A stretch of 64,000 bases of DNA from Eledone cirrhosa. Its lineage: Eukaryota. Where the stretch lies: positions 336,908,001 to 336,972,000 of the forward strand of contig OZ024740.1 of assembly GCA_964016885.1 (NCBI GenBank). Reading direction: 5' to 3'. This document shows, one piece after another, positions 20,744-33,744 of this stretch. The notes beneath the pieces are model-generated. The model worked only from the letters and a program-made list of their open reading frames with translations, searched no databases and was not told where the DNA came from. The position numbers and the translations under genes were made by a program. Each line of letters begins with the position of its first letter. The stretch's first letter is position 1.

Positions 20744-22001
20744 TCTCTGGCTACCTAACAAGAAGCACACTCGCCCTCAAGAGTATGCTTGTTTGCGAAA
20801 TGTGTGTCAGTGTGTGCTGGGGCAGCAATTAATTGCAGCCTTGGATCTAAAGCAATATTGTATTTTGTTTCGTTTTATTTGGAAGCTTTACGGGGAGTGA
20901 CACCGTCTTATACTTCTTAGGGTTTGAATATTAATATAAAAAATATGCTACACTAGCCATTATAAATACATAGTGTTCTGTTCGTCTTCCTTTAATAATA
21001 CACGACCAAAAATGTAAATATATAACATTAACTGAATAAAATATAAGAAATAATTGTTTCTTTCAAGGCCAGCAATAATCCAGTGTATTACTGGTACTTT
21101 ATTTTATCGACTCCGTAAGGATGAAAGGCAAAGTCAACCTCGGCGTGTGTGTTTTAAATGGATATGTGTCTACAAGAATTACTTCTAATCATAAGTTTGG
21201 AGAAGGGGGTATAGTTGATTATATCGACCCATACCGATACTTGTGGGATTTAAACTGAAAACGTCAAGGGATATAACACGTCTAAATTTCGACACTCAAT
21301 CAGGAACAGACATGGTGGTATGGTTTTTTTTTTATTATTATTCTTTCGGCACTACGTGGTTTCCATCCGATCCTACGGTATGGTACGCTGGGCAAGCGAT
21401 TTCTACCATAGCATCGGGTGAGAGAGAAACTTGATTAGTGAAAACTGTGTGTGGAAGTCCCTCGAGGGCATTCATTGCCCTGTTTAATACCACTCCGCCT
21501 GGCATTCTGGTGCTTTCAGCGGACTATTATGTTGCAAGCATTCGGGTAGGTCTCTGAAATGCGTCATGGGCAGTTCCTTTCCTCTTCTAAATCATTTAAA
21601 AAATATAATTGGCCAAACAAATGTACAAAATGTGAAAATTTTATTTGAACTTGGGTCTTATATAAATATATATATATATATATATTATAGAGCACATCTA
21701 CATTGATAGAAATGCAAAGTTGAAAAATAATTCAAGGTTTTTATAATGCCACTGAACGAAACAGATCTACACATAAACACACAATATATACACAAACATA
21801 ATGTGTGTATATACACATACATTACCGTTTCTCCCTACCGTTTTAAACTGAATAACATATTTTTCTTAATTTAATGTGTAATCTAGTTTGTTCTATTATG
21901 AATAAATTCTCCATTTGCTTTATTCATATTCATTTTTATTTTTATTTTTATTATTAATTCAATTTTTTCAATGTAAAGGGACATTTCAACTCGTTCAACC
22001 A

Positions 22002-22141
22002 TTGTTTTTCCTGAAGAGATTTTTGAGGAAGAATCGATGTATAATCTTTATGATTATCACATCATTAATATAATTAATTAACCATTTAATTATTAATTAA
22101 TTATAAATTTATCGTGAATCGAAACAATCGTAGAAAAATAA
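22002..22141 (+). ncRNA. Type I hammerhead ribozyme, probably from a Penelope-like element terminal repeat
   Basis: Stem I TTGTTTTTC(22002-22010)/GAAAAATAA(22133-22141); CTGAAGA 22011-22017; stem II G22018-C22120; GAAAC 22121-22125; AATC loop; GTA cleavage triplet 22130-22132. Confidence 0.8.
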
Positions 22142-22365
22142 ATATTTTGGATTGAGTGAATTCTTCGGTTATTTTTCTTTATATAATATTTTAATGCTCG
22201 GTAATACTGCTTATTTTCAATTGCTCGGATCTTACCCACGGATTTTAACCATGGATTCGTTTGACTTACACGGTTACTGATGATGATAATACATTGAGCT
22301 TTTATTCATCTTAATAAATATAACTTGGATATAAGTGGATATCTCCATTTATAAAAAATGTTGTA

Positions 22366-22408
<43 letters not shown>

Positions 22409-22836
22409 AGAGAAAGGGGGTTTAGAAAGAGATGAACGGACAAACAGATAGATAAATAACCAGATATATGTTGAGATAGAGAGAGATAACTCTCAACCTG
22501 CCACACTTCATTCAACCATCTTGACACAAGTGGGGTGATGTCCCCAATCAAGATTTTTAGGAAGTGAATAATGTAGTAGTGATGGTAGTAAGAGTGATGA
22601 TAGCTCTGGTAATGGTATCGCGTTGGGAGTGGTAGCGGTAGTGGTGGACAGGTAAATACATGAGGAGGGGGAGAAGGTGTGTAGTAGTTTGTTGAGGACA
22701 AATGTAGAAGTGGTGTGATTCGGAAGAAGGGGTGGGTGACAACATATTTAGTGGACATGCTCTTGTGGGAATCTTGGATCTGTAATGGATCTTACACATG
22801 AATTTAGTCATGGTTTGTAGATACATACATAAGCAC

Positions 22837-23130
22837 ATCAAAATATCAAGGGAGCATTTAGGTTGTCACTTGAACTGCTAACAATACTAGTCAAACCTCT
22901 CTCTAATTACTGCTTGTCTTGTCTAAAAAAAAAACAACAGGATGCTCACGTCGGGAACATATTTGATCAAAATATCAAGGGAACATTTAGGTTGTCACTC
23001 GAACTGCTAACAATACTAGTCAAACCTCTCTCTAATCATTGCTTGTCTTGTCTAAAAAACAACAGGATGCTCACGGCTGGTGCGTATTTGATCATAGTTC
23101 TGCTGGATCGTACTAACCTGGAGCTAAACA
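22837..23130 (+). repeat. Tandem duplication (about 2 x 120 bp) of a dispersed SINE-like repeat
   Basis: ATCAAAATATCAAGG..CATTTAGGTTGTCACT..AACAGGATGCTCACG occurs twice; related pieces near 20180-20240, 23400-23585, 45650-45840. Confidence 0.75.
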
Positions 23131-24144
23131 TCCCAAACAATAATAATAATAATAATGTTTCTACTTTTGGTACAAGTCCAGCAATTATCCCAGTGCATTA
23201 CTGGTACTTTATTTTATCGACCCGTAAGGATGAAAGGCAAAGTTAATCTATAATGATAATACAAGTATAATTTGAAGTCGGAATAATAATGTACTGTGCA
23301 TGTGTGATATGACAATGTGTCAGCTTCGGATAAACTGTGATGCACATGTTTAGCGCGCACTTCTCACCAATGATGGAAGAGGGTATCAATATAGAGTACA
23401 GTTGGTGTTATTGTTTCATAGCCTGAAATCTGGCCAGACTGAACAGATCAAAAGAATTCCAGTCATGACCATCCCATCTTTTTAAAGTGTAGTGTGCTCT
23501 TTTTTTAAGATGATAACGTGTGCGTTGGAGGAGATTTGGCTGTTATTTCTAGTAAGTTTAACCATCACAAAGAGGCTCCCTCGTTCATTCGACAAGATTG
23601 AGTTAAAGATCCACGTAATTCTTTAAACGTGCGTGTAAGTCCTATCCAAAGATTGGTACCACTGCCAAAGTTTCATTGCAGTTATTAATGGCATATATAA
23701 ACAACGTCATATCTATACATTATAAATATACATACATATATCAGAATAGAATGTGATGCAATTAGTAGTTTTGTTGTCACAGTAATATAATGTAGTGGGG
23801 TGTTCATATATATGTATGTGTGTGTGTGAATGTTTACTTAGATATGTCTATCAACATTAAAGCATGTCAGTCTACTGTATAGTATATGGAGAATAATTTA
23901 CTGTCATTAATACACTCAATATAATCAATAATGGCACGAATTATTAGAACTTATACATCACTAAATAAAACACTGCATAAGGTTAGTGAAATGTCGAATA
24001 GAAGATGATCCCCGATATTGTAACCATCGTGAGTGCGTGTATAGTGTGTAGGTTACGTATGTGTTTATGTATGCGGGCGCAAGGTGCAGCAATGACAGTG
24101 ATACCGAAATGTCAATGATGGACAGCAATAGTTCAAGAACTTAC

Positions 24145-24256
24145 CATCAAGACCGTTTAGCAAAACATTATCGAGGTCGGACGATGTGGTAAGGTCCGGC
24201 CCTAAATCGGGCAAAGAATCCGAAGAGATGTTTAACCACCTCTGTGAGTCTGCCAT
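24145..24256 (-). CDS. First coding exon of a gene running off toward lower coordinates; candidate SREBP N-terminal acidic activation domain
   Basis: ACAAAG-ATG-G start context; MADSQRWLNISSDSLPDLGPDLTTSSDLDNVLLNGLD plus phase-1 G|GTAAGT donor; CpG-rich upstream with CCAAT; DLDNVLLNGLD resembles SREBP1a DLDAALLTDIE (recalled, not searched). Confidence 0.6.
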
Positions 24257-24289
24257 CTTTGTTGTTCAGTGAAGCTTCAACTAACGCCA

Positions 24290-24620
24290 CGAGACGTCAG
24301 CCAATCAACACACGTCTTTACCATCGGATGATATTTCGTCATCACAGCTGCCGCTCTTGCTTCTACCACGGCCCCTCCTGTTTCCTCACCCTTTCTCTAC
24401 TACTTACCTCCTTACTCTCTATTTCTTCCTTATTCTCTCTCTTTCATTTCCTATATCTATCTATCTTACTCTCTCTTTATTTTTTCTATGTATGTATATA
24501 TCTTTCCACTCCTACCCTACCTTGGAGCTGTTAGTAACAACCCGTTAACGACTTGCTATCGTCACTTCCGCTCCGGTTACGCTTTATCCGGCTACGCGCT
24601 TTTTGTCTCCCGCAATTATT
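24290..24620 (-). promoter_or_regulatory. Candidate promoter / 5' region of the 24256 gene
   Basis: GACGTCA plus AGCCAATCA at about 24293-24307; ETS-like ACTTCCG and CpG cluster at 24540-24612. Confidence 0.45.
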
Positions 24621-25860
24621 GATTTAATTTCAGTAGACTTAAGACCAATTATTTTATGTAGTTTGGGAATTGATGCCAGTTATATTATTGACACTTATTC
24701 GATTGATAACAGACGAATAAAAAGACCAAATTGACTCCAGTTGTATTGGATTGGAAACTGAAAGAGACGAAACTAAATATTAATTTATTTAGTGCGGTGC
24801 TGATACAACTTAGTAGTTGAGAGGTGTTTCGTTTATGAGTGAACAAATGATGTGAAAGATTATCGTTAGAAGTGATAGTCTGCGTAAGAAAGAATCGGAT
24901 ATAAATAAAACCTAGTGTTGGTATATTTGTTAGGCTCTCTTTTCTTTGCATACATAATCATGTTTACGATTTCTAAATACTGAAATATATGGGAAGAATG
25001 TAGTAGATAAATCGTCCCCGGTATGATCTTAAGGCTCCTAGTTCCCTGAAAAGATAAAATCCAAAATAGGCGCCGGTAGAATTTTAACTCGGAACTTAAA
25101 TGTTACAAAGCTTTTTGCCAAACCCTCTGTCGATTCTGCTTTTCATCGACCCCAAACAACAATTTCTAATTTAAATTCCAGGCCATACATCTTGAGGGAG
25201 GAAGAATTTTATCAACTTAGAAAGACTAAAAGGCAGTTCACTTCAGTAGGATTTGAACTCAGAATGTAAAGGGGCGTAACTAAGAACCACAAGGCATTTC
25301 GTTCGTCACTCTACTGTTTTATTATCCATCGCACTGTAAAACAACTCAATGGAGTGGGGCAGGTTAAGTTTAAAATTAACCAAACGCGGTTTAATTTCTC
25401 TAATAATAAAAGCAAATTAGACCATTCCATATATGTTAACTTTTTAATGGGACACAAAGACAAACAAAATCCATCCAATGATCTGGAATCAATTACAAGA
25501 AAGTCTTTCAGATAAGGCATGTTGCATACCAAGATACAAACACATTGAGGACATGACGGAAGCCGAAGGATTTGTTTCATTGGAAATGAGGAAATGCAAA
25601 GATTTTATCACTATGGACAAAGTCTTGCAGAGTATTCATTCTAGTTCTATCTAGATCATGAAACATACCAAAAACGCATTTCCAGCATAGTTAGCTCTTT
25701 CGTTTCTGTATTTCATATGAAAAACATGACCAATAATTTTGAAAATAATCTAAAAGTCAGATATTTTTAATAAAATAATTAATTTCCTCATTATTTGTCT
25801 GGTGTTGGGTACATAAAGATTCTTACATAAAATTAGGATGGAAGGTTTTAGATAAATATA

Positions 25861-26600
25861 TAGCAGGCAAACTAACAGGTAGGGAGAAATATGTATGCAG
25901 TAGATGTACAGGGAAATTAGACAGTAGAAGTCGCACTGATAGACACATTTTTCAAATGCAAGAGGGCGCTATAGAAGTGGTGGATAGCTTCCGGTACCTA
26001 GGAGATCAGATTAGCATGGGAGGAGGGTGTTCCGAGGCCATAGTATCTAGAATAAGGACGGGTTGGAAGAAGTTTAGGGAGCTGCTTCCTCTGTTGACGA
26101 AGAAGGGTTTCTCCCTGCATACGAAAGGCCGGTTGTATGATGCCTGTGTGAGGAGCGCGATGCTGCATGGTAGTGAGACATGGGCAGCAACTGCAGAGGA
26201 TATGCGACAGCTGGAGAGAAATGAAGCAAGCATGCTCCGTTGGATGTGCAGTGTAAATGTGCGTGAACGACCCAGCTTAAATGTGTTGAGAGAGAAACTG
26301 TATCTGAGAGGGATAGAATGTAGTGTACGGGAGAGGAGACTGAGGTGGTATGGACATGTGATGCGTATGGAGGATGACCGATGGGTGAAGAAGTGCCAGG
26401 AATTGCCAGTTGAAGGAAGACGTGGTAGAGGTAGACCACGAAAAACATGGGCGGAGGTGGTGAGAACAGACCTCAGATCATTGAAGCTCACGGTGGAGAT
26501 GACGAGGGACCGTGGAGAGATGCTGTGCTGAATAAGACCCGTCCCACCCTTGCAAGCAGGGAAAAGCAGACGTAAAATGATGATGATGATGATGATGATA
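25861..26600 (+). mobile_element. RTE LINE 3' fragment, near-identical to 2072-2820 in opposite orientation, (ATG)n tail
   Basis: ORF 25956..26531 nearly identical to the C-terminus of the 2072-3620 copy. Confidence 0.95.
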
Positions 26601-26957
26601 AACGTTAGAATAAACAGTTTTGTATTGTTGAACCATGGGTAGGTTTGTATCAAAAAGGTTACCAGCAGAATTGGTATATGATAAACACTGACATGAAAAA
26701 AAATCCTCCTTTAACTGCATGTTTGGTAGTAGATCTAAATAGCAACACAACTGAATGCTGGCTATTCCTACCACAAAGATTATTAGGTCAGAAGGTACAC
26801 ACAAAGACTAACATATTCTTGTAAAACATCCAAGATATGAAGGAAATTATAATATCAATAGATCTATTTAAGTGGTCATAGAAACAATATAGAAATTACA
26901 GATTTCATGATTATTATCATGGTAAATAACAAAATAAACTATCTTAATAAGGTCTTC

Positions 26958-27322
26958 ATGAAAAATACAATCGTGAAATCAAGCAGCCAATATGGGATTC
27001 CTTCAAAGGGTCTGTGGAGTAACGCTACTCAATAAAGTGCGTAACTTGGAGATCAGAGAGTCGTTCTAGGTAGAACCGCTACTCCAAATTGAGAGAATAC
27101 AATGGGCATGAATTGCTGGACAGATTTTACAGGCAAAACCAACAAGTAGGAGACCCAGGGGTACACCCCAAGCAAGATGGATAACATCCAGCTTGGCTGG
27201 TCATGCTTGGGGATCCAGCCAGATCAGTTGGCAACACTTGCTTCTGACAGGACCCGCTGGAAGGAGTGTTTGAGGACTCTGCCCCCACGACCCTCGCAGG
27301 AATAAGTGGGCGAAGAAGAAGG
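26958..27322 (+). mobile_element. RTE (Rex3/Expander-like) 3' fragment with GAA tail; dispersed family
   Basis: AANMGFLQRVCGVTLLNKVRNLEIRES..EPLL; shared tail GGAATAAGTGGGCGAAGAAG also at 28810-29040, 37400-37675, 49069-49216, 50580-50830(-), 51110-51340(-), 60870-60940. Confidence 0.8.
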
Positions 27323-27574
27323 TCTTCATGTAACTGATACTCATAGCTAAGCATTTAGTCCTAAAGATATATTTTCTATATCAACTGTTTAGCCAATTAA
27401 GATGATAAACTAAAATTAAGGAAATTATACTCCAAAATAAATGAAACTGCAAAAAATTAAAGGTTACTTAGACAGTTGGTATGTTGTCTTTTTTTAGGTG
27501 TCTAGGGCTATATTATTTAAAATACTAGCCTAACCAATAGCTTGAGGGAAAATGGAGATCATCACCAAAAGTGG

Positions 27575-27990
27575 AATGAGACCAGATATAGCATTCAACT
27601 CCAATCCATCATAGCAGAATGACTTTGATTGAGCTCATTGTGCCATATGAAAACAGGATAAAGGAAGCCCATGTCTACAAGATGGAAAAGTATACCAATC
27701 AAGCCAACAGCTTTAGAAAGATGGCTAAGAGCAAGAAGGTTTGTAGGAATATCTGCCTATGATCACTTTCTGTGAGAAAAAGTATTCAAGTCCTAAATGC
27801 AATGGCACAAGCTGTCAAAAAGAGTTCCAGCTAGATCTGGTCAAGGTAGAATAAACAAAGGTGACCAACATATGGTTTAACTTCCCTATATACAGCATAT
27901 CTCCCAATAGATAAGTGGTTTAAAGGTGTCAATCGAAGGGCACCCAGGAATTATAACATGGATATGGTCCTATCTGTCCTTACAGTGTAT
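27575..27990 (+). mobile_element. Decayed Hero/NeSL-type (R2 superfamily) restriction-like endonuclease fragment
   Basis: RPDIA...LIELIVPYENRIKEAHVYKMEKY...ARRFVG, matching the PD..E-K RLE pattern. Confidence 0.6.
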
Positions 27991-28398
27991 AGAGTTCAAA
28001 ACTGAAACTCTTGCAGGGGGCATAGGCTGCTTTTCTGAAGACTTACTGCCCAGCCTTCTCTCTAAAATGGGTTTAATTAATAATACTGTTTTAAATTTAC
28101 AATATTATGTAAAATTATGACATCCAAATGAATATTAAAATTTGGGACTGGGACCAGTTAAAATACCCCACTATAATGCTCCTCTGGAATCATTTTTCAG
28201 CTCAAGAAATGGATAAAAGCAAGTAAATTGGCAAACACATCAGAGCTTTCTTATTACTTCGTGGGTTATTCTCATTTCAAGATGAATTACATAACATCTT
28301 CACATTGTGCGCATGTATACAAGCAGACTTTATACACATTCACACATTGTGACACCATCATATTACATACAACATATCTACAAAGTTTATAGCATTAA

Positions 28399-28480
28399 TA
28401 CAGGGTGTCACCTAAAATGTATACACATATTTATTAGAATGCTGTTGAAGTATGTATATATGTTTTGGGGACACCTTGTA
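28399..28480. mobile_element. Tc1/mariner-type MITE, about 80 bp, TA flanked
   Basis: TA-CAGGGTGTCACCTAAAAT ... GTTTTGGGGACACCTTG-TA imperfect 30-bp inverted repeats. Confidence 0.75.
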
Positions 28481-28746
28481 TAATGCAGGTAAAATCATTT
28501 TATCTTCTCTTAAGATATTTTCTACATTTTCTTTTAATGTTCTCATAATATTCATTCACATGTAATCATCATATTCCATCGTTATTAATAAATATGCTAA
28601 AGGCAATTCTGTCTTTCTCTTTCATTTCACATTTAATCTTAATTTACTAGTGTTAATTGCCTTACTAATACAGTTCAATTAGTGATCACCACTCCACTAA
28701 AATAATGACTGATGTTCAAAATAAATAGTATCACTAAACTGGTCAT

Positions 28747-29215
28747 TAACCCTTTCATGACCGCATTTCTAATGAAATACACTCTATTTTAATTAATTAA
28801 TGAAGAATTTCTCAGAAAAGAATCGCTGGACAGATTTTACATTCAAAACCAACTGGCAAGAGACCTAGGGGTAGACCCCAAGCAAGATGTTTGGATAACA
28901 TCAATGAGCTTGGCTGGTCTCGCTTGGGGATCCAGCTGGATCAGTTGGAGATTGTTGCTTCTGACATGACCCACTGGAAGGAGTGTTTGAGGACTCTGCT
29001 CCCACAACCCTCTCAGGAATAAGTGGATGAAGAAGAAGAATTTTGACAGATTTATTGATATTATTAATTATTTCATTACTAAGATAGTAACTTAATGTAA
29101 GGTTCTTATATAAAATGATGTTGGAAGATTTAATTAAAATTGGAAACCTTTAAATGGGTGATTTTATTTCATAGCACCAGAGTTGATTTTGACCAGGTTG
29201 ATAACTAAAGAGTTA
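28747..29215. mobile_element. TTAA-flanked piggyBac-like MITE with an RTE tail fragment inserted
   Basis: TTAACCCTTT...AAAGAGTTAA ends; RTE tail 28810-29040 inside; related copies about 61297-61562 and 50340-50550. Confidence 0.55.
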
Positions 29216-29267
29216 AAGATTTCTTTTGTGTTTTACTCTCAGCATTTTTGTATGCTAAAATAAGATT

Positions 29268-30930
29268 TTGTTGTGGGTGATGTCTGCTTCTAATGGTGGG
29301 AAGAGCACAGCTGAGGAAGATCTTAGTGAAGAGCTTGCTTGGGATGAAGTGGAGGATGATGCCCCTGTGGTTGCTGCAGATGAGTTTGTCACCCTTTCCC
29401 CCAGGTCCAGTCATTTGAGAGCTGCTCTGATATACATTACTGAATTACTGATTGATGATGTGGGTGAGCTACTGGATCATGTTATCTCTGTCCACCTTCA
29501 ACATCTCTGCAGTGTTAGTGAAGATTCCAGGAGCTTTGCAGTTGTTGAGCTTCTTCAGGGCAGCTTGGACTTCATCAGGGGTGACAGGATCAAGCCTGCA
29601 AGTGTCTTTAGCTGCAGCTGTGTCTGCAGTGATGGTTGGGCAGGGATTTATTGGAATGGATGGGTGATGAAGAAGAAGGTTGAAGGGCTCCTTCCAGGTG
29701 GTTTCTGTGGTGATGACATTGCCATTAGAAGCAGATGTCACCCATAAGTCGGATTCTTGCTAAATCAATCTACTGCCAACCCCATTTCTGACCTCCATCT
29801 CATTATTGAAAGGCCTCATGAATTCCTCAGTGATCACCACCTCTATGTCACCTTCATTGACTTCAAGGTCACTTTCAACACAGTTGACCACACATCCCTC
29901 TGGAAAATTCTCAAGCTCACCAGCACGCCTCTCAAGTTCACCACCCTGCTCCAACAGCTCTATAGCAGTGCTGAGAGCTACATGCAGGTGAATAAGATGG
30001 GCTCTGACTGGTTCCCCATTAACATCAGAGTCAGACTGGGCTGTATGGCTGATCCTGACCTCTTCAACTATGTCGTCAACTATCTGATGACCCTCTTACC
30101 GACCTGGAGTACGCGGACGACACCACCTTATTCAACTCAATTGACCAGCTCAGGGACACACTGACCATATACTGGGAGGAATCAGCAAAGCTTGGCCTTC
30201 AGGTGATCTGGACAAAGACCAAGCTGATGCATGTCAGCAATGGCCCGGATCCACCCCTCTTCATATTGGCCTCAATGTCATGGAGTTTTTCTTCATTTAC
30301 CTGGTCTCAACACTCACCAATAATGGACACCTGGCCCCAGAGATCAACTGCAGATGTGGTCTGGCCACTGGGGTCATGCACTCCCTATGGAAACCCCCTT
30401 GGTATCACTGCTCTACCTCTCAGAAGACAAAGCTCCATATCTACAATGCTTTGGTCATCTCCATTCTCCTCTATGGAGCAGAAAGGTGGCCCCTTACAAA
30501 GACCCCGGCAAAGAGGATTAATGGCTTTGATAGCAGAGCACTGAGGATCATCGAAAACATCAAATGGTACAAATGTGTATCTAACAAATAGTTGCATGCA
30601 CGCACACATCAGCCTGCAGCCTCCCACCACATGTGCTGGTACAGACATGTCCTCCATCTCTCACTAGATCATCCTACCAGAGCCTTACTCTTCTTCAACA
30701 CAACAGCTACAGGGTGGAAGGGGCCCCACACTAGATAGCTGGATGTGATTAAGGATGTCACACCAGGTAGCTGGATGTCACACCAGATAGCTTGATGTGA
30801 TTAAGATCTCCAGAGGCTCAATGTCACCAGAGGGACTGCCAGCAATGGAGAGAACTGGTGGACCTGGTTAGCTCTATGCACAATGACACCTTTGGGATCA
30901 CATCAAACAAGAGCCAAGAAGAAGAAGAAA
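29268..30930 (+). mobile_element. Decayed RTE LINE with inverted 5' segment (29268-29720 on minus), GAA tail
   Basis: Minus piece: DEVQAALKKLNNCKAPG...CSNHRGI...RHHPQQ; plus piece continues GF..QST...FIDFK..FNTVDH...LLYGAERWPL. Confidence 0.85.
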
Positions 30931-31288
30931 ACATTTACTTTACTGGTATTTTATTTCATTGATCCCTTAAGGATGAAAGGCAAAGTTGACTTTGATGAGA
31001 TTTGAACTCAGAACGTAAAGTACTGGAGCAAATACTGCAAAGCATTTATCTGCCACTCTCATAATTCTGCTCATCTACTGCTCTTTGAAATAATCATCAT
31101 CATCATCATCGTTTAACGTTCATCTTCCACGCTTGCATGCTAAAATAATATTAATTATTGAGCTACTGCGTTTTCCTCATTAGATTTCTAATTAGATTTT
31201 TAATGCTCATTACATTAAATATATTTAACACTAGATTAATTACATGTAATTACCATTGGAAAATACAATTTAGTTATAATAATATAGA

Positions 31289-31483
31289 CAGACCTGTCAA
31301 CTCTCCCTGTTTGACAGGGAGATCTCCCACCCACTTTGGGGTGAGTGGGAGATGTCTTCTCTTGTGTAAATGGGTATAGCTTTCATTATGTAAAATCTCC
31401 CCATTTTACCTCATTTCTTGCCGTTTTAGGGCATTTTTTTTCATGCTACTCTCCGTTTGGGTTTTTAGAGGTTGACAGGTCTG
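31289..31483. mobile_element. hAT-like MITE
   Basis: 13-bp perfect TIR CAGACCTGTCAAC/GTTGACAGGTCTG; decayed 8-bp flanks AATATAGA/TATGCAGA. Confidence 0.6.
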
Positions 31484-33236
31484 TATGCAGAAGAACTGTA
31501 TAAATGAGGAGAGTTTGGTTTGCTTGGAGAGTTGAATATAAACCTTCTTGGAGGTCAACAAAACAGTTAAATCATGATTACCTGAATGAAACAGCAGGGA
31601 GTATTTTGTGAGGATAACTAATCTGATTGTAAACAAAAGAAGCCATACTGAACATAATTACATAAAAAGCATATTTACAGAGTTTTTATGAGTTTCCATA
31701 TGTTGTAGTCCTGTGTAATCTATGATGCCTTTTTACCCTCATACACATGCTGAAAATCATGCTTTACTGTTCAATTGTTAATGGTGTTAACTTTCTTTTC
31801 ACAGATACAGTAACTACAACAAACTCAATTACTTGCAAGAGATATTCAAAACAAAGTTGTAAAGTGAATGAAGATGCCACCGATTTTCTTCTGCTTTTAA
31901 ATCCTTTAGTATGTCAGTCATTTTCACCATCACCATCATCATCATCATCATTTTACATTCACTTTCCATGCCGGCAAGGGTTGGACTGATTTTCATGGTC
32001 CAAGACCAAACAGGTCAAAGGGACCAACCTTGTTTGTTATTATGCTATGGTTTCTACAGCTGGATGCCCTTTCTAACACCAACTACTTTACAGAATATAC
32101 TGAGTACATTTTTCATGACACCTTTACAGAGTGGGGTGGATGCATTTTATTGTGGCAACAACACTAACACTTTTGTGGGCCAAATTATTTGACTGAGACT
32201 GAATTAATGAACTGATTGACACATGGTATCAAAAGATGCAATTATTACACAATTGATGTTATGTTTTTACATGTTTTTTGTCTTTTTAGAAAATTCTGTT
32301 TTAATGATTGTAAACAAAAGAAAAAAATGTTAGCACCAGTATTATTAGGGAGTTAGAGTTACATGTAGTATTGCTAATTAAATATTCATGGAACCTTGAA
32401 AACTTGCTTGGATAATATATGTTCAAATAACCAAAGTCCTAAATGCATTGTCTTTTATATATAAATTTCTGCGATTCTGTCACAGCACGTAAAGTGCGGG
32501 GAGTAGTTTGATTACCTCATACTACTCCTCTCTCTTTACGTCTGCTGCCTGTGTGAATGTATGTGTGTGTAAAAGGAAGGAAGGTTTTGTAAGTGTGTCT
32601 GTGTTCGTGCATCTACATTTATATACTCATACATATAAATGTATGCACATACACAACATATACATATATACATACACATATACACCTGAGCATATGAAAA
32701 AACTTCTTGTAGATAAAAAGATGGACGATCACAGCTAGAATGTTTATTTAATCTTTAGGATGCTGAATTTTTTGTGAATTGCTTCCCTTGACACTGCATT
32801 ATGTATTAAGAGGAGATTACTTTCTTGTCACCAACAGCATGCTGAAGGTTAATCATGTGCCTGCTAAGGACAGGGATGAGCTCAAATTAAATAACATAAA
32901 TGCCTTCATAAGAAATAGTTCTGAGAATTACCATTTATAATTATTCTTCATTCAATCAAATCAGAGACTCCCAAAATACAATAACTTTGAGTTAGACAAT
33001 AACTTCCGAGTTGAATTTAGTAGATAAACTGTGCAGAAGCCATTCCAATGTGTATCAGTAAAAAAGAGCCCCCATCCCAAAAGTGCTCTTTGAACAAAGT
33101 TTTTTGCAATATTTGCTCTGCACTGAATTACAGACGCTCCCTTGATGTAAACATTGGCAAAAAGGCAGCAAACCAATGATTGGCTCATTGTAAACATGAA
33201 TCCAATGATATTTCTTCACTAATTACAATATAAAAT

Positions 33237-33449
33237 TAACCCTTTAGCATTTACATTACTCTATACATACTATTGTATTTTCATGGTAAAAGCTTTACCT
33301 CACATAATATCGAATCTATGAGATTTTGATGTTATTTATTTTGAGAACAATACCTTTACATCAGTATGAGTGGCCAATTATGGCTGGTTTGAAGAGAAAG
33401 GTGTGAGAATTCTGGCCGGATATGGCCAGTTTAAATGCTAAAGGGTGAA
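33237..33449 (+). mobile_element. piggyBac-like MITE, about 200 bp (family copy 1)
   Basis: TTAA-CCCTTTAGCATTTA ... TAAATGCTAAAGGG; copies at 53377-53594, 61593-61778, 62571-62767. Confidence 0.8.
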
Positions 33450-33744
33450 ATAAAGCAGTAAACAGAATATAAAATAAATCTAAAGTTTGTTTGTATGTCC
33501 TTTTCTCATTCTAATGTAACACTTGTTTGTTCTTTCCTTTCTGTCCCACTTCAGATTCTGTTTGTTGTACTTCTCTTTACATTCTTCATTTCATCTCTCT
33601 AATTTCTCTTCTTTTATCTCACTCTCTTTTGCATGCTTTCAACTTTATTAACAAACACACCTTCTCGCTGTTCCTCAGAGATGCTGATGCTGCACATGCT
33701 CTCTCTTTCTATCGCTATGTATTTCTCTCCCATTTGTATCTCCT

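Noticed and set aside
29252-31155. ATGCTAAAATAA at both ends as a possible TSD implying 3' transduction
   Set aside because: AT-rich match; the right copy is better explained as the end and flank of a separate short RTE tail at about 31090-31140.
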